NCBI GenBank assembly: GCA_964540825.1
Contig: CAZINT010000004.1
Location: 24,835 to 88,834 of the forward strand
DNA: 64,000 nucleotides
Direction of reading: 5' to 3'
Source of the DNA: an uncultured Gammaproteobacteria bacterium
GTDB taxonomy: Bacteria; Patescibacteriota; Patescibacteriia; Magasanikbacterales; GWA2-37-8
The translations under genes and the position numbers were made by a program. Below are positions 35,686-47,100 of this stretch, piece after piece (position 1 is the stretch's first letter; each line of letters opens with the position of its first letter). The notes beneath the pieces were generated by a model. The model ran no database searches. It was given only the letters and a program-made list of their open reading frames with translations, and was not told the origin of the DNA.

Positions 35686-37533
35686 TTAGTAAAGATTAAG
35701 TCTTCCCTCCTCAAATTTTTTAGTATCTAAGCGGCTGTTTTCATTTAACCAATTTAAGAAGTTGTCACGTCTTGCACCATTCATCAGCTGCACCTGTGAC
35801 TTAACTCCAAACATCGGGAACGCATATGCTTTTTTAACCACCCCGTCTTGCAGCACCAAGCCCACGCTCAATCCTTCTTGCGTTTCCTCGGAAAAATACT
35901 GATCAAAAATAAAGTTGCCGAGCGAATAGAAAATCGGTTTACCTTTATAGATCTCGCTTTCTTCAATCACATGCGGATGGGCCCCAATAACTGCGCTGAC
36001 GCCCTGATCGATGAAACTATGCGCCAGATCACGTTCTTGCTGACGCGAAATGCGCTGATATTCGACGCCCCAGTGCATCATCACAATAATATAGCGTGCT
36101 TTTGCCTTGGCATCTTTAATCGCGGCCGAAATTTTTGCCGTATCCATAGGGTGATCGGTCGTATTAATCCCGATAAAAGCAATTTGTTCGTCGCTGCTTG
36201 GCAGCTTGGAAAACCAGGTATACTCCGGCCCTTCACGTAGTTCGTCGCCAAAATATCCGATACCAGCCTTATTGAGTGTCTCGTGGGTAAAATCCACATT
36301 TGCCCAGCCCATATCGAGCGTGTGGTTGTTGGCCAGGCTGACTGCGGTAAAACCGTAATCCTTAATTTGATCAGCCAATTTTGGATCGAAACGAAAAGCA
36401 ATTGTTTTAGTCGTGGGCACACGTGTTGGTGCAAACGGGCCTTCGAGGTTGGCAATCAAAAAATCCATACCCTTGAAAAACCGATTTTCTTGCCCTTTAA
36501 GCTTGGCAAAAAGATAATCCAATCCTTCGCTCCCAAAGGCTTTGGCAACATTACGGTCAAGCATTATGTCGCCAAAAAACTGTATTGTGGTAATCGGCGT
36601 CTCTGTCGATTTTCCAGCGGTGTAATAGCCAATTATATGACTCGTCGTTTCAGTCGTGGTTGGATTTTGACTTATTGTTCCGCTGTTGGTTGATGAAAGT
36701 AGCGTAAACTTTTGAGCCTGTAGTATCTGGTTATAATAGAGCAAAAAATATAAACTTTTTGGACTGTCTACTTCCAGCTTACTAACACGATCCAGATCGC
36801 CGACTGCCAAAACATTGCGTGATAATTCATCATGAAAACTCGCGACCGCTTCAGGCAGGTAATGCGAAAAATCTACGCTCGCGAGCACCAAACTATTTTT
36901 TGGTAAAATCTCAGTCAAAGTTTTGGCAAGCTGTTCAAGCGTCGAAGTGGGTGTATTCTCTTTTACAATCAGCGGTACGATTTGAGCATTTTTCCACGTA
37001 CGCTTAATAAACGGCACGTCAGCCCCAATCGTGTGCTCCGGATCAATCACTGTTTCATCAACTGCCGCAATTTTTTGATCCACCAGTTTTTGGACGATAT
37101 CCTGATCAACATTTAAGGTGCCATAGGGTGTTTTCCATGCACCAAGACTCGTAATAACGGGGCTACGTCCGGCTTGGGCATGGTTGGGACCCACAAGGAC
37201 CACGATCGGCGGATTTTGCTCGGCAAGTGCATTAAAAAAACGAGCTTCGTAGACCCCGGCTACCAAGTGATGAGGAATAACACCCGAGACAACTTTTTCT
37301 TTGGCAGCTACGGCCTTATTAGTTTCTGCCGCAATAAAATAGCGGTCATACACTGCAGGGTCAAGAAAGCTGGCCTTGTGTTCGACACGGGGCAATTCGG
37401 ATGAAGCGTGAAACCACGAAATTGATCGAGTGTCGGGGGTGCTCGGAGTATTTTTTTTGAAGAACCACAGCCCTCCAATTACTGCCCCAAGTATCAATAA
37501 AACCCCGGTTATTCTGGTGATTTTGAGTATCAT
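35686..37533 (-). CDS. Membrane-anchored fusion: MEMO1/AmmeMemoRadiSam-B-like domain plus CapA (PgsA-type poly-gamma-glutamate synthesis, metallophosphatase-like) domain
   Basis: N-terminal transmembrane helix. Residues ~90-300 show a Memo-like pattern (VIPHHLVAG...GPNH). Residues ~320-600 show CapA motifs (FFGDIMLDR, LANNHTLD, MHWGVEY, GAHPHV, SLGNFIFDQ). Confidence 0.65.
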   Translation of the reverse strand: MILKITRITGVLLILGAVIGGLWFFKKNTPSTPDTRSISWFHASSELPRVEHKASFLDPAVYDRYFIAAETNKAVAAKEKVVSGVIPHHLVAGVYEARFFNALAEQNPPIVVLVGPNHAQAGRSPVITSLGAWKTPYGTLNVDQDIVQKLVDQKIAAVDETVIDPEHTIGADVPFIKRTWKNAQIVPLIVKENTPTSTLEQLAKTLTEILPKNSLVLASVDFSHYLPEAVASFHDELSRNVLAVGDLDRVSKLEVDSPKSLYFLLYYNQILQAQKFTLLSSTNSGTISQNPTTTETTSHIIGYYTAGKSTETPITTIQFFGDIMLDRNVAKAFGSEGLDYLFAKLKGQENRFFKGMDFLIANLEGPFAPTRVPTTKTIAFRFDPKLADQIKDYGFTAVSLANNHTLDMGWANVDFTHETLNKAGIGYFGDELREGPEYTWFSKLPSSDEQIAFIGINTTDHPMDTAKISAAIKDAKAKARYIIVMMHWGVEYQRISRQQERDLAHSFIDQGVSAVIGAHPHVIEESEIYKGKPIFYSLGNFIFDQYFSEETQEGLSVGLVLQDGVVKKAYAFPMFGVKSQVQLMNGARRDNFLNWLNENSRLDTKKFEEGRLNLY

Positions 37534-37611
37534 AGCAGAGCTATACTAACGCAAATATACATAAAAAACAAGAAGGGCAGCAAACCGCCCTTCTTGAGTA
37601 AATACAGGTTT

Positions 37612-39339
37612 TTAACGCACTACCCCACCCCATTCAATAACTGTAAATCCACTGCGCTTTGGCGTTGTCCCCAAATTTTCCGGCTCTACGGAAATTGGCC
37701 GATCAAGGGGTGTGTAGTCCATAAGGATGCGAACAATGGTATCTGGTTTTGGATTAATCGTCAGCGGAGCGAGCACATCCATTTGCCGAGTTCCAAGGAA
37801 CGTTACAAAGTAATACGGTTTCGCTTGCATACGGGGCAGCCAGAACTCCAGAAAATCAGCCGTTTCTTTGGCATTCATACCAAGATACGCCAATTTTTCT
37901 TTAAGGAAACTTTCTACTTCTGTCTTTTTAACAACGAAACCTGTTTTTGGTGTTTGGTATAACCCACCGCGGCCTTCCCAGAACAAATACGGATAGGTTT
38001 TACCTGTTTTCATTTCAGTAAGTGCGCCATTTGGTTCGGCGACCACATTCCACCCTTGATTATATTCAGGGTCGCTATAACTAAGACCGCCCTTTGGCTC
38101 AACTTTAACACTTACTGCCGTAGTTTTTTCGGGATAGAGATAAATAACCGGTTTACCGCATTCAGCCATAGAACCAAGCTCTGATTTACTGAGTTTAACT
38201 AAGCGACCAAAGGGATCAACCCAGAATACCAGGGGGTGCATACTTACAAACTCCGCGTAGCTAATCTTGTCGCCATCACGCCCAGGAGAATAGCTATTGT
38301 CATAGTAATCTTTGAGCATCTTATTATTGGCATCTTTGAGTTCATACACGGTATCGCCTTTACTTGTTTTGCCAGCCGCCTTAAGATCACGCGCAATAGT
38401 AATGTCGGTCGGCGGGACAACGGAAAGAAAATCACTGCTGCCGCACCCACCGCGGGTTGTGTATCCATACTCACTCGTATTTACAGTACCGTCATTCCAC
38501 GTAATAGCTGGAACCGACACATTTTCTTTATGAGTAAAGAAATCTGGCTGCAAAGTATAAATAATCGTAAAACCGTCAGGACTTACAAAATAAAAAGCGC
38601 CGGTACTTGTCGAAGTATACAGCGGTCCATGTGCCGCATCAGTAAGGAGCACAGGGGCAGTCTTGTCAGCTGTAATAGTTGGACTAAAAAAGATATAACT
38701 TTGCTTAGTAAGTACCTGCCGATCATTTTTTACCGTGATTGTTTCTGGAAAATCAAACAACGGGAGTGTAAAGTCAGTATCAACTACTAATTTTGAACCG
38801 AGTGAGGGGTTCCAAATAGATGTACTGCCACCATAATCTGAATAATATGTTTCGGAATATTTGCTAAGAAGTATTATCTGACCGCCGTATTCAACAAGGC
38901 GCATATTGGTGGAAGGACCCATGCCATCCGGTGGAACTGTCAATAATATAACGCGCCCTGGTTGTCCGTTGTACGTGAATGCTCCAATCTGAGCATAGTC
39001 TGACTGCTCTTCGTAATTAAACTCGTTTTTTGAAGTCAAATAACCCAATCGCGCAATTGGGCGCGGTGTATACCAGTTTATTTGACCAGCCAAGTCTGCG
39101 GGAAGTTTGGTTGTCTGAAGTGAAGTTGTTGCAGTACCTACGCCCGGGTCAGTAGTGGTTGGAACATCAATTACCTGATTATCCGGTGTATCGTCAGGCA
39201 AAGTATTTGCAGGCGCCGAGTTTGAATTCGGAACACCAGGCATACTTGGGCGATACAGCCAATACCAAACAGAAAAAGCTAGGAGCAGAACAACAATTCC
39301 TGCCGCGGCTATCGCCAGGTTGCGACGCGTAGTATTCAT
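37612..39339 (-). CDS. Membrane-anchored extracytoplasmic protein, function unknown
   Basis: N-terminal transmembrane helix, a proline/threonine-rich linker, and 575 aa with no recognised motif. Confidence 0.5.
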   Translation of the reverse strand: MNTTRRNLAIAAAGIVVLLLAFSVWYWLYRPSMPGVPNSNSAPANTLPDDTPDNQVIDVPTTTDPGVGTATTSLQTTKLPADLAGQINWYTPRPIARLGYLTSKNEFNYEEQSDYAQIGAFTYNGQPGRVILLTVPPDGMGPSTNMRLVEYGGQIILLSKYSETYYSDYGGSTSIWNPSLGSKLVVDTDFTLPLFDFPETITVKNDRQVLTKQSYIFFSPTITADKTAPVLLTDAAHGPLYTSTSTGAFYFVSPDGFTIIYTLQPDFFTHKENVSVPAITWNDGTVNTSEYGYTTRGGCGSSDFLSVVPPTDITIARDLKAAGKTSKGDTVYELKDANNKMLKDYYDNSYSPGRDGDKISYAEFVSMHPLVFWVDPFGRLVKLSKSELGSMAECGKPVIYLYPEKTTAVSVKVEPKGGLSYSDPEYNQGWNVVAEPNGALTEMKTGKTYPYLFWEGRGGLYQTPKTGFVVKKTEVESFLKEKLAYLGMNAKETADFLEFWLPRMQAKPYYFVTFLGTRQMDVLAPLTINPKPDTIVRILMDYTPLDRPISVEPENLGTTPKRSGFTVIEWGGVVR

Positions 39340-39449
39340 AGGAATTTTTTAAAACTAAATCTATTATGAGTGTAGCACCGCACCGAGCTTTCGGCAATAT
39401 AGCAAAAGCCTCTGGTTAAAGAGGCTTTAGCATCTATACTACTGTCCTG

Positions 39450-39512
39450 CCGTCACCTCCCAAAACTTTCATTAACTGAAAATCTCAGGAGGGTCGGGCG
39501 GCAGGGTGAGGG
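39450..39512. repeat. GC-rich stem-loop 3' of the high-GC secreted-protein gene
   Basis: cctgccg..cctcc, a 27-nt loop, then ggagg..cggcagg. The architecture matches the stem-loop at 12787-12845. Confidence 0.45.
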
Positions 39513-39542
39513 GCCGCAGGAAAAAAGTACCGCGCCGAACGG

Positions 39543-40085
39543 CTATTTGTGATCGTCCGGATCTGTCGGAGCACGTGGCGGCTGGTCGGCGCCCTTCAGC
39601 GCTTCACATTGATCGTAACCAAGCTTGTAGAGAGCGTCAGCATTCGCGTTAGCAAACGCTACGCATGCCTCCGACGTTTCCATCCCAGCTTTTCGAACCG
39701 GGTGGACCGGCAGTCCCAACCACAGCATATCGTACTTTTTTTCGTTCATGCAGTCGATGAATCCGCGCCAAACGATCCGGCGCGAATCGAGACAGTTGGC
39801 CGGCTCTCCTTGGAAAGGCAGGAGTTCAACCGGGGCGGACCGGGGAGGCGCTGCGGGGTGCGGCGCGGGTGCCTGCAGGGTAGCGCCGCCATCGAGCGAA
39901 GCAAGGGCGGCTGGCGCTGCGGGCAGAGCGGAAGGCTGCTTGGCCAGCTGCTCAAGGCACTTTGCCCGAGCTTTTTTGTTTTTCTTGGCTCGGCACTTTT
40001 CTTCCGTCAGTGGCTTTTTAACCGCGAACTTCGGCGCTGCGATCAAGGTGGCCCCGAGGAGCAGGATAAAAAACACGTTATGCAT
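39543..40085 (-). CDS. Secreted hypothetical protein encoded in a ~60% GC island
   Basis: Signal peptide MHNVFFILLLGATLIAAP, Ala/Pro-rich sequence and six Cys. ORFs overlap on both strands, as in high-GC DNA. Confidence 0.5.
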   Translation of the reverse strand: MHNVFFILLLGATLIAAPKFAVKKPLTEEKCRAKKNKKARAKCLEQLAKQPSALPAAPAALASLDGGATLQAPAPHPAAPPRSAPVELLPFQGEPANCLDSRRIVWRGFIDCMNEKKYDMLWLGLPVHPVRKAGMETSEACVAFANANADALYKLGYDQCEALKGADQPPRAPTDPDDHK

Positions 40086-40152
40086 TCTCACACCTCACTC
40101 AAAACTTTCTAAGATACTAGCATAAAACCCTATTAAAATCAAGGGTTTAGGA

Positions 40153-40195
40153 ATAAAAAAACAGCCCCGACACTTATCGAGGCTGTTTTTGTTTT
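40153..40195 (-). terminator. Rho-independent terminator of rpoC
   Basis: aaacagcc ... ggctgttt with a U-run on the minus strand. Confidence 0.8.
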
Positions 40196-40196
40196 C

Positions 40197-43100
40197 TTAC
40201 TTTGTTCCTTCAATCTGGTGATACCCCGTACCAACCGGAATAAGGCGACCGATGATAACGTTTTCTTTAAGACCGTCGAGATAGTCAATCTTACCGGTTG
40301 TCGCCGTGTTGATAAGCACACGTGCCGTTTCCTGGAACGATGCAGCCGAGAGGAAGCTCTGCGTCGAGAGCGCAACGCGCGATACACCAAGGAGTAATTC
40401 GCGACCAACAGCGAGTTTGCCGCCGGTTTTTTTGGTTTGACGGTTACCAAGTTCAAGCTGTGCCTTTTCGACAATTTCACCAGGCAAGAGTTCGGTGTCA
40501 CCGGCGTCTTCGACGTACACACGGCTGAACATCTGACGGATGATAAGTTCAACGTGTTTGTCGTTAACTTTCTGACCCTGCGAAGAGTAAATGTTCTGTA
40601 CTTCTTCAAGGATATAGCGCTGTACTGCCGGGCGACCCTTCAGTTCAAAGAGTTCCTGAAGGTGGATAGAGCCATCGGTGAGGCGGTCGCCTTTTTGTAC
40701 GACGTCACCATTCTTTGGGTAAATCTTATAACCCATCGGAATGACATGTTCGTGCACGCGAGGGCCTTCGTAGCTGAGGGTAATAGTATTTTTAGCTACT
40801 TTTACCTGACCAGCATATTTTGCTTTTACTTCTTCACCGGACGATCCGCTTACGACGAGCGTAGCGTCGGCAGCAACGTGGTCGCCATCTTTGACCATAA
40901 CTTCGTCACCGGATTTGGTTTTAATTTTCATTTCTTCCATGCCTTCAAAGTGGACCTTAACGATCTTTTGACCGGTGCGGCCTTCAAAAATTTTCTTGCC
41001 CGTAGGACCGATCACAATCTTACCGTCAGCATCTTCGATTTCTACTTTACCCGTAACAGCAGCAAGGAAAGCCTGGTGTTTTGGACTGCGTACTTCAAAC
41101 AATTCTTCTACACGCGGCAAACCTTGGGTAATATCAGCTCCGGCGACACCACCCGAGTGGAAGGTACGAAGCGTCAGCTGCGTACCCGGTTCACCGATAG
41201 ACTGCGCAGCGATAACACCGACCGCCGAACCGAATTCAACCGGTTTATTCTGAGAAAGGTCAAAACCATAACATTTGCGGCAGACACCTTTTGGCAGGCG
41301 GCACTGGAGGAGACTGCGAACATGAACAGACGGAATTTGTAATTTTTCAACCATGCGGGTCGCCTCGTCATCAATAGCGTCGCCGGCTTTAACGATCACT
41401 TTGCCCTCATGCGTTAAGTCGCTGAGAACATAGCGACCCCAAACGCGAGCAGAGAGTTTTTCACCCATTTCTTTAGACTGTTCGATCGTAAATACTTCAC
41501 CGTTCTTATCACCACAGTCCTCTTCGACAATGACCACGTCTTGTGATACATCAACCAAACGACGAGTTAAGTAACCAGCGTTTGCAGTACGAAGCGCCGA
41601 GTCAGATAAGCCTTTTCTAGTACCATGACTTGAAATAAAGAATTCAAGCACATCGAAACCTTCTTTAAAGTTTCCTTTAATCGGGAGTTCGATAATGTCA
41701 CCCGATGGCGACACCACGAGACCTTTCATACCCATAACCTGACCGAGCTGGCCATAGGTACCACGAGCACCCGAATCAATCATAGCGAATACCGGGCCAT
41801 TTTTGTCGAGAATTTGCTGGTTGTTGGCAACGATCTTATCTTTTGCATCAGTCCAGATTTCAATAATCGTCGTATGACGTTCTGCTTGCGTCAGTAAACC
41901 GTCTTGGTATTGCTGCTCCATATCTCTCATACGAACATCAGCTGCCGCAACAAGCGCCGGTTTTTCGGCGATCTTTGGGAAGTCGTCCATACCAAGCGAA
42001 TACCCGGACTTGGTAACATAGCGGTACCCGAGATTCTTCACTTCATCAAGAAAGCGAGCGGTGCGTTCCTGACCGTAGGTTTCAAGACACAGGCGAATGA
42101 TACCGGCGAGTTTCTTGACGTTAATCGCTTCGTTATAATATGGCATTTTTTCCGGCACGACTTCGTTGAAAAGAAGACGTCCGATTGAAGTTTCCACAAT
42201 GGAACTCGTTCCTTCCGGGAATTTATCAGTATCAGTGAAACGGATTTTAACGCGCTGGTGGAGGGTAATGATGCGGCTCTTATAGGCAAGTTTTGCTTCG
42301 CGTTCGTTGGAGAAAAATTTCGTAACCGGTGCTGTATCGGTGCTGACGTAATGCGTGAGGTAGAAACAACCAAGTACGATATCTTGTTTTGGCGTAATAA
42401 CCGGGTCACCAGTTGCAGGTTTCAAGATATTTTTTTCCGAAGCCATCAAATTTTCTGCTTCAAAGCGAGCACCGGCAGTAAGCGGCAAGTGAACGGCCAT
42501 CTGGTCACCGTCGAAGTCGGCGTTGAACGCGGTACAGGTGAGCGGGTGAAGCTGGATCGCTTTACCTTCAACCAAGCGGGGGTGGAAAGCCTGGATACCG
42601 AGGCGGTGCAGTGTTGGAGCGCGGTTCAAAAGTACGCGGGTAGTCTTCGTTAATTCTTCAAGAATATCCCACACTTCGTCGTGCTCGGCTTCGATGAAGC
42701 GGCTGGCACTGCGAACATTGTGAGCAAGTTCACGCTTAATAATTTCACTAATGATAAATGGTTTAAAAAGCTCTAAGGCCATGCGCTTTGGCAAACCACA
42801 CTCGTCCATATTGAGCTGCGGACCAACGACGATAACCGAGCGACCGGAGTAGTCGACACGTTTACCAAGCAGGTTCTGGCGGAAACGACCTTGCTTACCC
42901 TTGAGGATATCGGCGAGCGAGCGGAGCTGGCGTTTCTGACCGGTAGAAGCGGTAACGGTTTTAGCATGGCGAGCGTTGTTGTCGATAAGGGCGTCCACGG
43001 CTTCCTGGAGCATGCGTTTTTCGTTGCGGCAAATAACTTCCGGAGCATCAAGCTCGGTAAGGCGGCGCAAACGGTTGTTGCGGTTGATCACGCGGCGATA

Positions 43101-44090
43101 GAGATCGTTAAGGTCAGATGTAGCAAAGCGTCCACCATCGAGAGCAACCATTGGGCGCAAGTCTGGAGGAATAACCGGAATGACTTTGAGGATCATCCAT
43201 TCCGGACGAATTTTCGTAGCCATCAAACTCTTGAGTAATTTGCGGCGGCGAATGAGGCGTTCTAATTTGGCACCCTTGGTAGTTTCCTGTTCATCCGTTA
43301 ATTTTTTAACGGTTTCTTCTAGATTGATGCGGGAGAGTAAATTGTGTACTGCCTCAGCACCAATCGAAGCCTCAAAGAGGTGCCCATAGCGAAGCGACAA
43401 TTCTTGATATTTATTTTCCGAAACAATGCGCAAAACCTGAAGTTCTTTAAGATCTTTCTCAGCTTGCTGGAAATCTGCCTCAAGAGCCTTCTCTTTGCGT
43501 TCAGCTTCTTGACCAATAGCATCCAGCGCTTCTGCGCTCGCGCCCTTATCTTTATCTTGAGCGGCTTTAATTTCTTGTTCGCGTTCGCGTTCGATTTGTT
43601 TTTTCTTTTGCTTATATTCCTGACGAAGTAAATCCCCGGTTTGTTTTTTACCTTCCTCGTCAACATGCGTAATAACAAACGAAGCAAAGTAAATAACTTT
43701 TTCAAGTGATTGTGCAGAGAGGTCAAGCACCAAACCAACCTTACTTGGTACGGAACGCAGGAACCAGATATGAGCGGCAGGAGCAACCAGCTCGATGTGA
43801 CCCATGCGTTCACGGCGAACAAGCGAGTGGGTAACTTCTACACCACATTTGTCACAAACAATACCCTTGTAGCGGATTTTTTTATATTTACCACAGTAGC
43901 ATTCCCAATCTTTGACCGGTCCGAAAATTTCTTCGGCGAAAAGACCCCCTTTTTCCGGTTTCTGGGTACGGTAGTTAATGGTTTCTGGTTTGTCGACTTC
44001 GCCATATGACCACCCGCGAATTACTTCGGGAGAAGCCAGTTTGAGGCGAATAGCGTCGAAGTCCATGGAATGAAGTGCGTCTCGAGCCAT
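40197..44090 (-). CDS. rpoC: DNA-directed RNA polymerase subunit beta'
   Basis: 1297 aa; zinc-finger CxxC motifs and the NADFDGD catalytic motif. Confidence 0.98.
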   Translation of the reverse strand: MARDALHSMDFDAIRLKLASPEVIRGWSYGEVDKPETINYRTQKPEKGGLFAEEIFGPVKDWECYCGKYKKIRYKGIVCDKCGVEVTHSLVRRERMGHIELVAPAAHIWFLRSVPSKVGLVLDLSAQSLEKVIYFASFVITHVDEEGKKQTGDLLRQEYKQKKKQIEREREQEIKAAQDKDKGASAEALDAIGQEAERKEKALEADFQQAEKDLKELQVLRIVSENKYQELSLRYGHLFEASIGAEAVHNLLSRINLEETVKKLTDEQETTKGAKLERLIRRRKLLKSLMATKIRPEWMILKVIPVIPPDLRPMVALDGGRFATSDLNDLYRRVINRNNRLRRLTELDAPEVICRNEKRMLQEAVDALIDNNARHAKTVTASTGQKRQLRSLADILKGKQGRFRQNLLGKRVDYSGRSVIVVGPQLNMDECGLPKRMALELFKPFIISEIIKRELAHNVRSASRFIEAEHDEVWDILEELTKTTRVLLNRAPTLHRLGIQAFHPRLVEGKAIQLHPLTCTAFNADFDGDQMAVHLPLTAGARFEAENLMASEKNILKPATGDPVITPKQDIVLGCFYLTHYVSTDTAPVTKFFSNEREAKLAYKSRIITLHQRVKIRFTDTDKFPEGTSSIVETSIGRLLFNEVVPEKMPYYNEAINVKKLAGIIRLCLETYGQERTARFLDEVKNLGYRYVTKSGYSLGMDDFPKIAEKPALVAAADVRMRDMEQQYQDGLLTQAERHTTIIEIWTDAKDKIVANNQQILDKNGPVFAMIDSGARGTYGQLGQVMGMKGLVVSPSGDIIELPIKGNFKEGFDVLEFFISSHGTRKGLSDSALRTANAGYLTRRLVDVSQDVVIVEEDCGDKNGEVFTIEQSKEMGEKLSARVWGRYVLSDLTHEGKVIVKAGDAIDDEATRMVEKLQIPSVHVRSLLQCRLPKGVCRKCYGFDLSQNKPVEFGSAVGVIAAQSIGEPGTQLTLRTFHSGGVAGADITQGLPRVEELFEVRSPKHQAFLAAVTGKVEIEDADGKIVIGPTGKKIFEGRTGQKIVKVHFEGMEEMKIKTKSGDEVMVKDGDHVAADATLVVSGSSGEEVKAKYAGQVKVAKNTITLSYEGPRVHEHVIPMGYKIYPKNGDVVQKGDRLTDGSIHLQELFELKGRPAVQRYILEEVQNIYSSQGQKVNDKHVELIIRQMFSRVYVEDAGDTELLPGEIVEKAQLELGNRQTKKTGGKLAVGRELLLGVSRVALSTQSFLSAASFQETARVLINTATTGKIDYLDGLKENVIIGRLIPVGTGYHQIEGTK

Positions 44091-44127
44091 AAAAGTAGAA
44101 GATTAATTGGTAGAAAGATGAAATAAA

Positions 44128-47100
44128 TTATGGTTGATATTCGACAACATCATTCGCATCAGCTGGCTTGTTTTTTTCAAGTTCGGCGCGGACTTCTTCG
44201 GCTGGCAGATATTCGCCGGACTCTGTTTTCTTAAGAAGACCAACATCAAGACACAAACCTTTCAATTCACGTACAAGCACATTGAAAGATTCGGGAATAT
44301 TAACGCGGCTGACTTCTTCACCTTTAATAATCGCTTCATAGGCTTTCGAGCGACCCGGTACATCGTCAGATTTAATGGTAAGCATTTCCTGCAACGTGTG
44401 TGCGGCGCCATATGCTTGAAGCGCCCACACTTCCATTTCACCAAAGCGCTGTCCACCGAACTGAGCTTTACCACCAAGCGGCTGCTGGGTAATAAGCGAG
44501 TATGGACCAATTGAACGCTGGTGAATTTTATCTTCGACCATGTGGTTCAATTTCAGCATGTAGTTGTAACCAATGGTAGTTTTGTGATCGAAGGCTTCAC
44601 CTGTGCGACCATCGTAGAGCTGCACCTGGCCGCTTTCCGGGAAACCGGCTTTTTTGAGTTCATTTTTAATCTGTTCTTCAGTAAGACCATTCAACACGGG
44701 AGTAGCGATCTTGTAACCAAGCGCATTGGCAGCAAGGCCAAGGTGTGTCTCAAGCAGCTGACCCAAGTTCATACGGGACACGACACCGAGCGGCGAAAGG
44801 ATGATGTCAACCGGAGTACCATCTTCAAGGAACGGAAGGTCGGCAACCGGAACGATGCGCGACACGACACCTTTGTTACCGTGGCGTCCGGCCATCTTAT
44901 CACCAACCTGGAGCTTGCGAAGGTCGGCAACGGTGACCTGCACTTTCTTGATCACACCCGGTTCAAGTTTGTCACCATTTTCGGCCGAGAAAATCTGCAC
45001 ACCAATAACTTTTCCGTGTTCACCATGTTCGAGGTAGAGGGAAGAATCGCGAACATCGCGTGCCTTTTCACCAAAGATAGCGCGGAGCAGGCGTTCTTCT
45101 GGGCTGAGTTCGGTTTCACCCTTAGGTGTAATCTTACCAACCAAAATATCACCGGATTTAATTTCGGCACCAATGCGGATAATACCTTCGCTATCAAGAT
45201 TCTTGAGTTTTTCTTCACTGACGTTTGGAATATCGGCCGTCACGAGCTCAGGTCCAAGCTTGGTTTCACAGACATCCACAGTATAGTCTTCAATGTGGAT
45301 AGAAGTATAGCAATCCTGCTGCACGAGGCGCTCGGAAATAATTACGGCGTCTTCGTAGTTAAAACCTTCCCAGCACATGTAAGCAACCAGCATGTTTTGA
45401 CCAAGAGCAAGTTCGCCTTCGCGAATCGAAGGACCGTCAGACAATGGCTGACCTTTTTTGACTTTTTCACCGACGTTCACGACCGGGTGCTGGTCGATAC
45501 AGGTGGAAGCGTTGGAGCGAATAAATTTATTTAAATTGTAGGTATAGTTTTGACCCTTTGGTGTGGTAAGCACAATGTGACCACCATCAACTTCGGTAAT
45601 TTCACCATCAGCTTCAGCCAAAACCATATGACCCGAGTACATTGCCGCTTCACGTTCAATACCTGTTCCAACAAGCGGAGGTTCCGGTTTGATACATGGT
45701 ACACTCTGGCGCTGCATGTTCGTTCCCATCAGAGCGCGGGTCGCGTCGTCATGTTCAAGAAAAGGGATGCAGGATGTTGCGATACTTACGATCTGGTTTG
45801 ACGCCACATCGACATAGTCAAGATCAACTGAGGCCGAAACACCAGCAGCACCGTTAACGCGCGCTGGCACGGTTTCCTGAGTAAAGTAGCCGTCATCATC
45901 AGTTTTAACACTCGCCGCAGCAGTAATAACTTTTTCTTCTTTGAAAGAATTGAGGTAGACAATTTCATTGGTTAGACGAGGTTTAACCGGAATCTTTTCA
46001 ATTTTTTCGCTCTTAAGTTTAGCGGCAATTTCTTTGGTAATTTTAGTGCCGTCTTTAACGCTGCCAATGTCACCGCGGAGAATTTCGCCTTCAGCAAGTT
46101 TGCCGTCGTTCGCAACTTCGCGGAGCACTTTGCGGTACGGAGTTTCAATAAAACCAAAATCATTGACGCGAGCATAGCTCGAGAGGTGGTTAACGAGACC
46201 AATGTTCGGTCCTTCTGGAGTAGCAATCGGACAAATACGGCCATAGTGCGTGGTATGCACGTCACGTACTTCAAAGCCGGCGCGGTCGCGCGACAAACCG
46301 CCGGGACCCAAAGCAGACAAACGGCGTTTGTGCTCAAGTTCAGCCAGTGGGTTGGTCTGGTCCATGAACTGGGAGAGCTGCGAACTCATGAAGAACTCGC
46401 GAATAGCACTTGTTACCGGGCGCGCATTGATAAGCTTGTTTGGAGTGAGCTGTTCAAGCTCATAAGTGCTCATGCGATCTTTAATGATACGCTCCATACG
46501 AGCGAGACCAACACGAAAACGATTCTGAGCAAGTTCACCTACCGCGCGAATACGGCGGTTGCCAAGATGATCCACATCATCTGGTTCTTCCTGGGTAACG
46601 TTCAGGCGAACAACTTCTTTTAAAACTTGGAGTAATTTTTCTGGCGACAACACGCGATTTTCTTTCTTGTCGTAATCAGCTTCGGTGTAGCCAAGATCAA
46701 ATTTGGTATTGAATTTATACACACCAACGCGGCCCAAATCGTAGCGATCAAAGTTGAAGAACATGGCGTAGATAAGACTCTTGGCATTGTCAGCGGTCGC
46801 AAGATCACCCGGGCGAATACGTTTGTAGACTTCGATAAGACCTTCTTCCTGAGTCTTGGCAATATCTTTTTTGAACATTGCTTCGACGTAGTCAATTGTT
46901 GGATGGTTATTAACGTCTTTGAAAGCTTCAATCAATTTTTCATCCTCATGCATACCAAATGCACGCAGCAGTGACGTTGCCGACACTTTGCGTTTGCGGT
47001 CTACCTTGATCCACATCACGTTGCTGAGGTCGGTTTCTACTTCGATCCAAGCACCGCGGTTCGGGATAATTTTAGCGCCATAATAGCGGCGTCCACGAAC

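Noticed and set aside
39340-39542. Possible tRNA or structured RNA in the GC-rich spacer after the 575-aa gene
   Set aside because: No cloverleaf could be drawn. The hairpins there are better explained as a terminator (aaagcctct...agaggcttt) and the island-2 3' stem-loop.
40437-41342. 301-aa plus-strand ORF inside rpoC, and similar plus-strand ORFs in rpoB (for example 44521-45534)
   Set aside because: These are antisense shadow ORFs within essential, well-supported genes.
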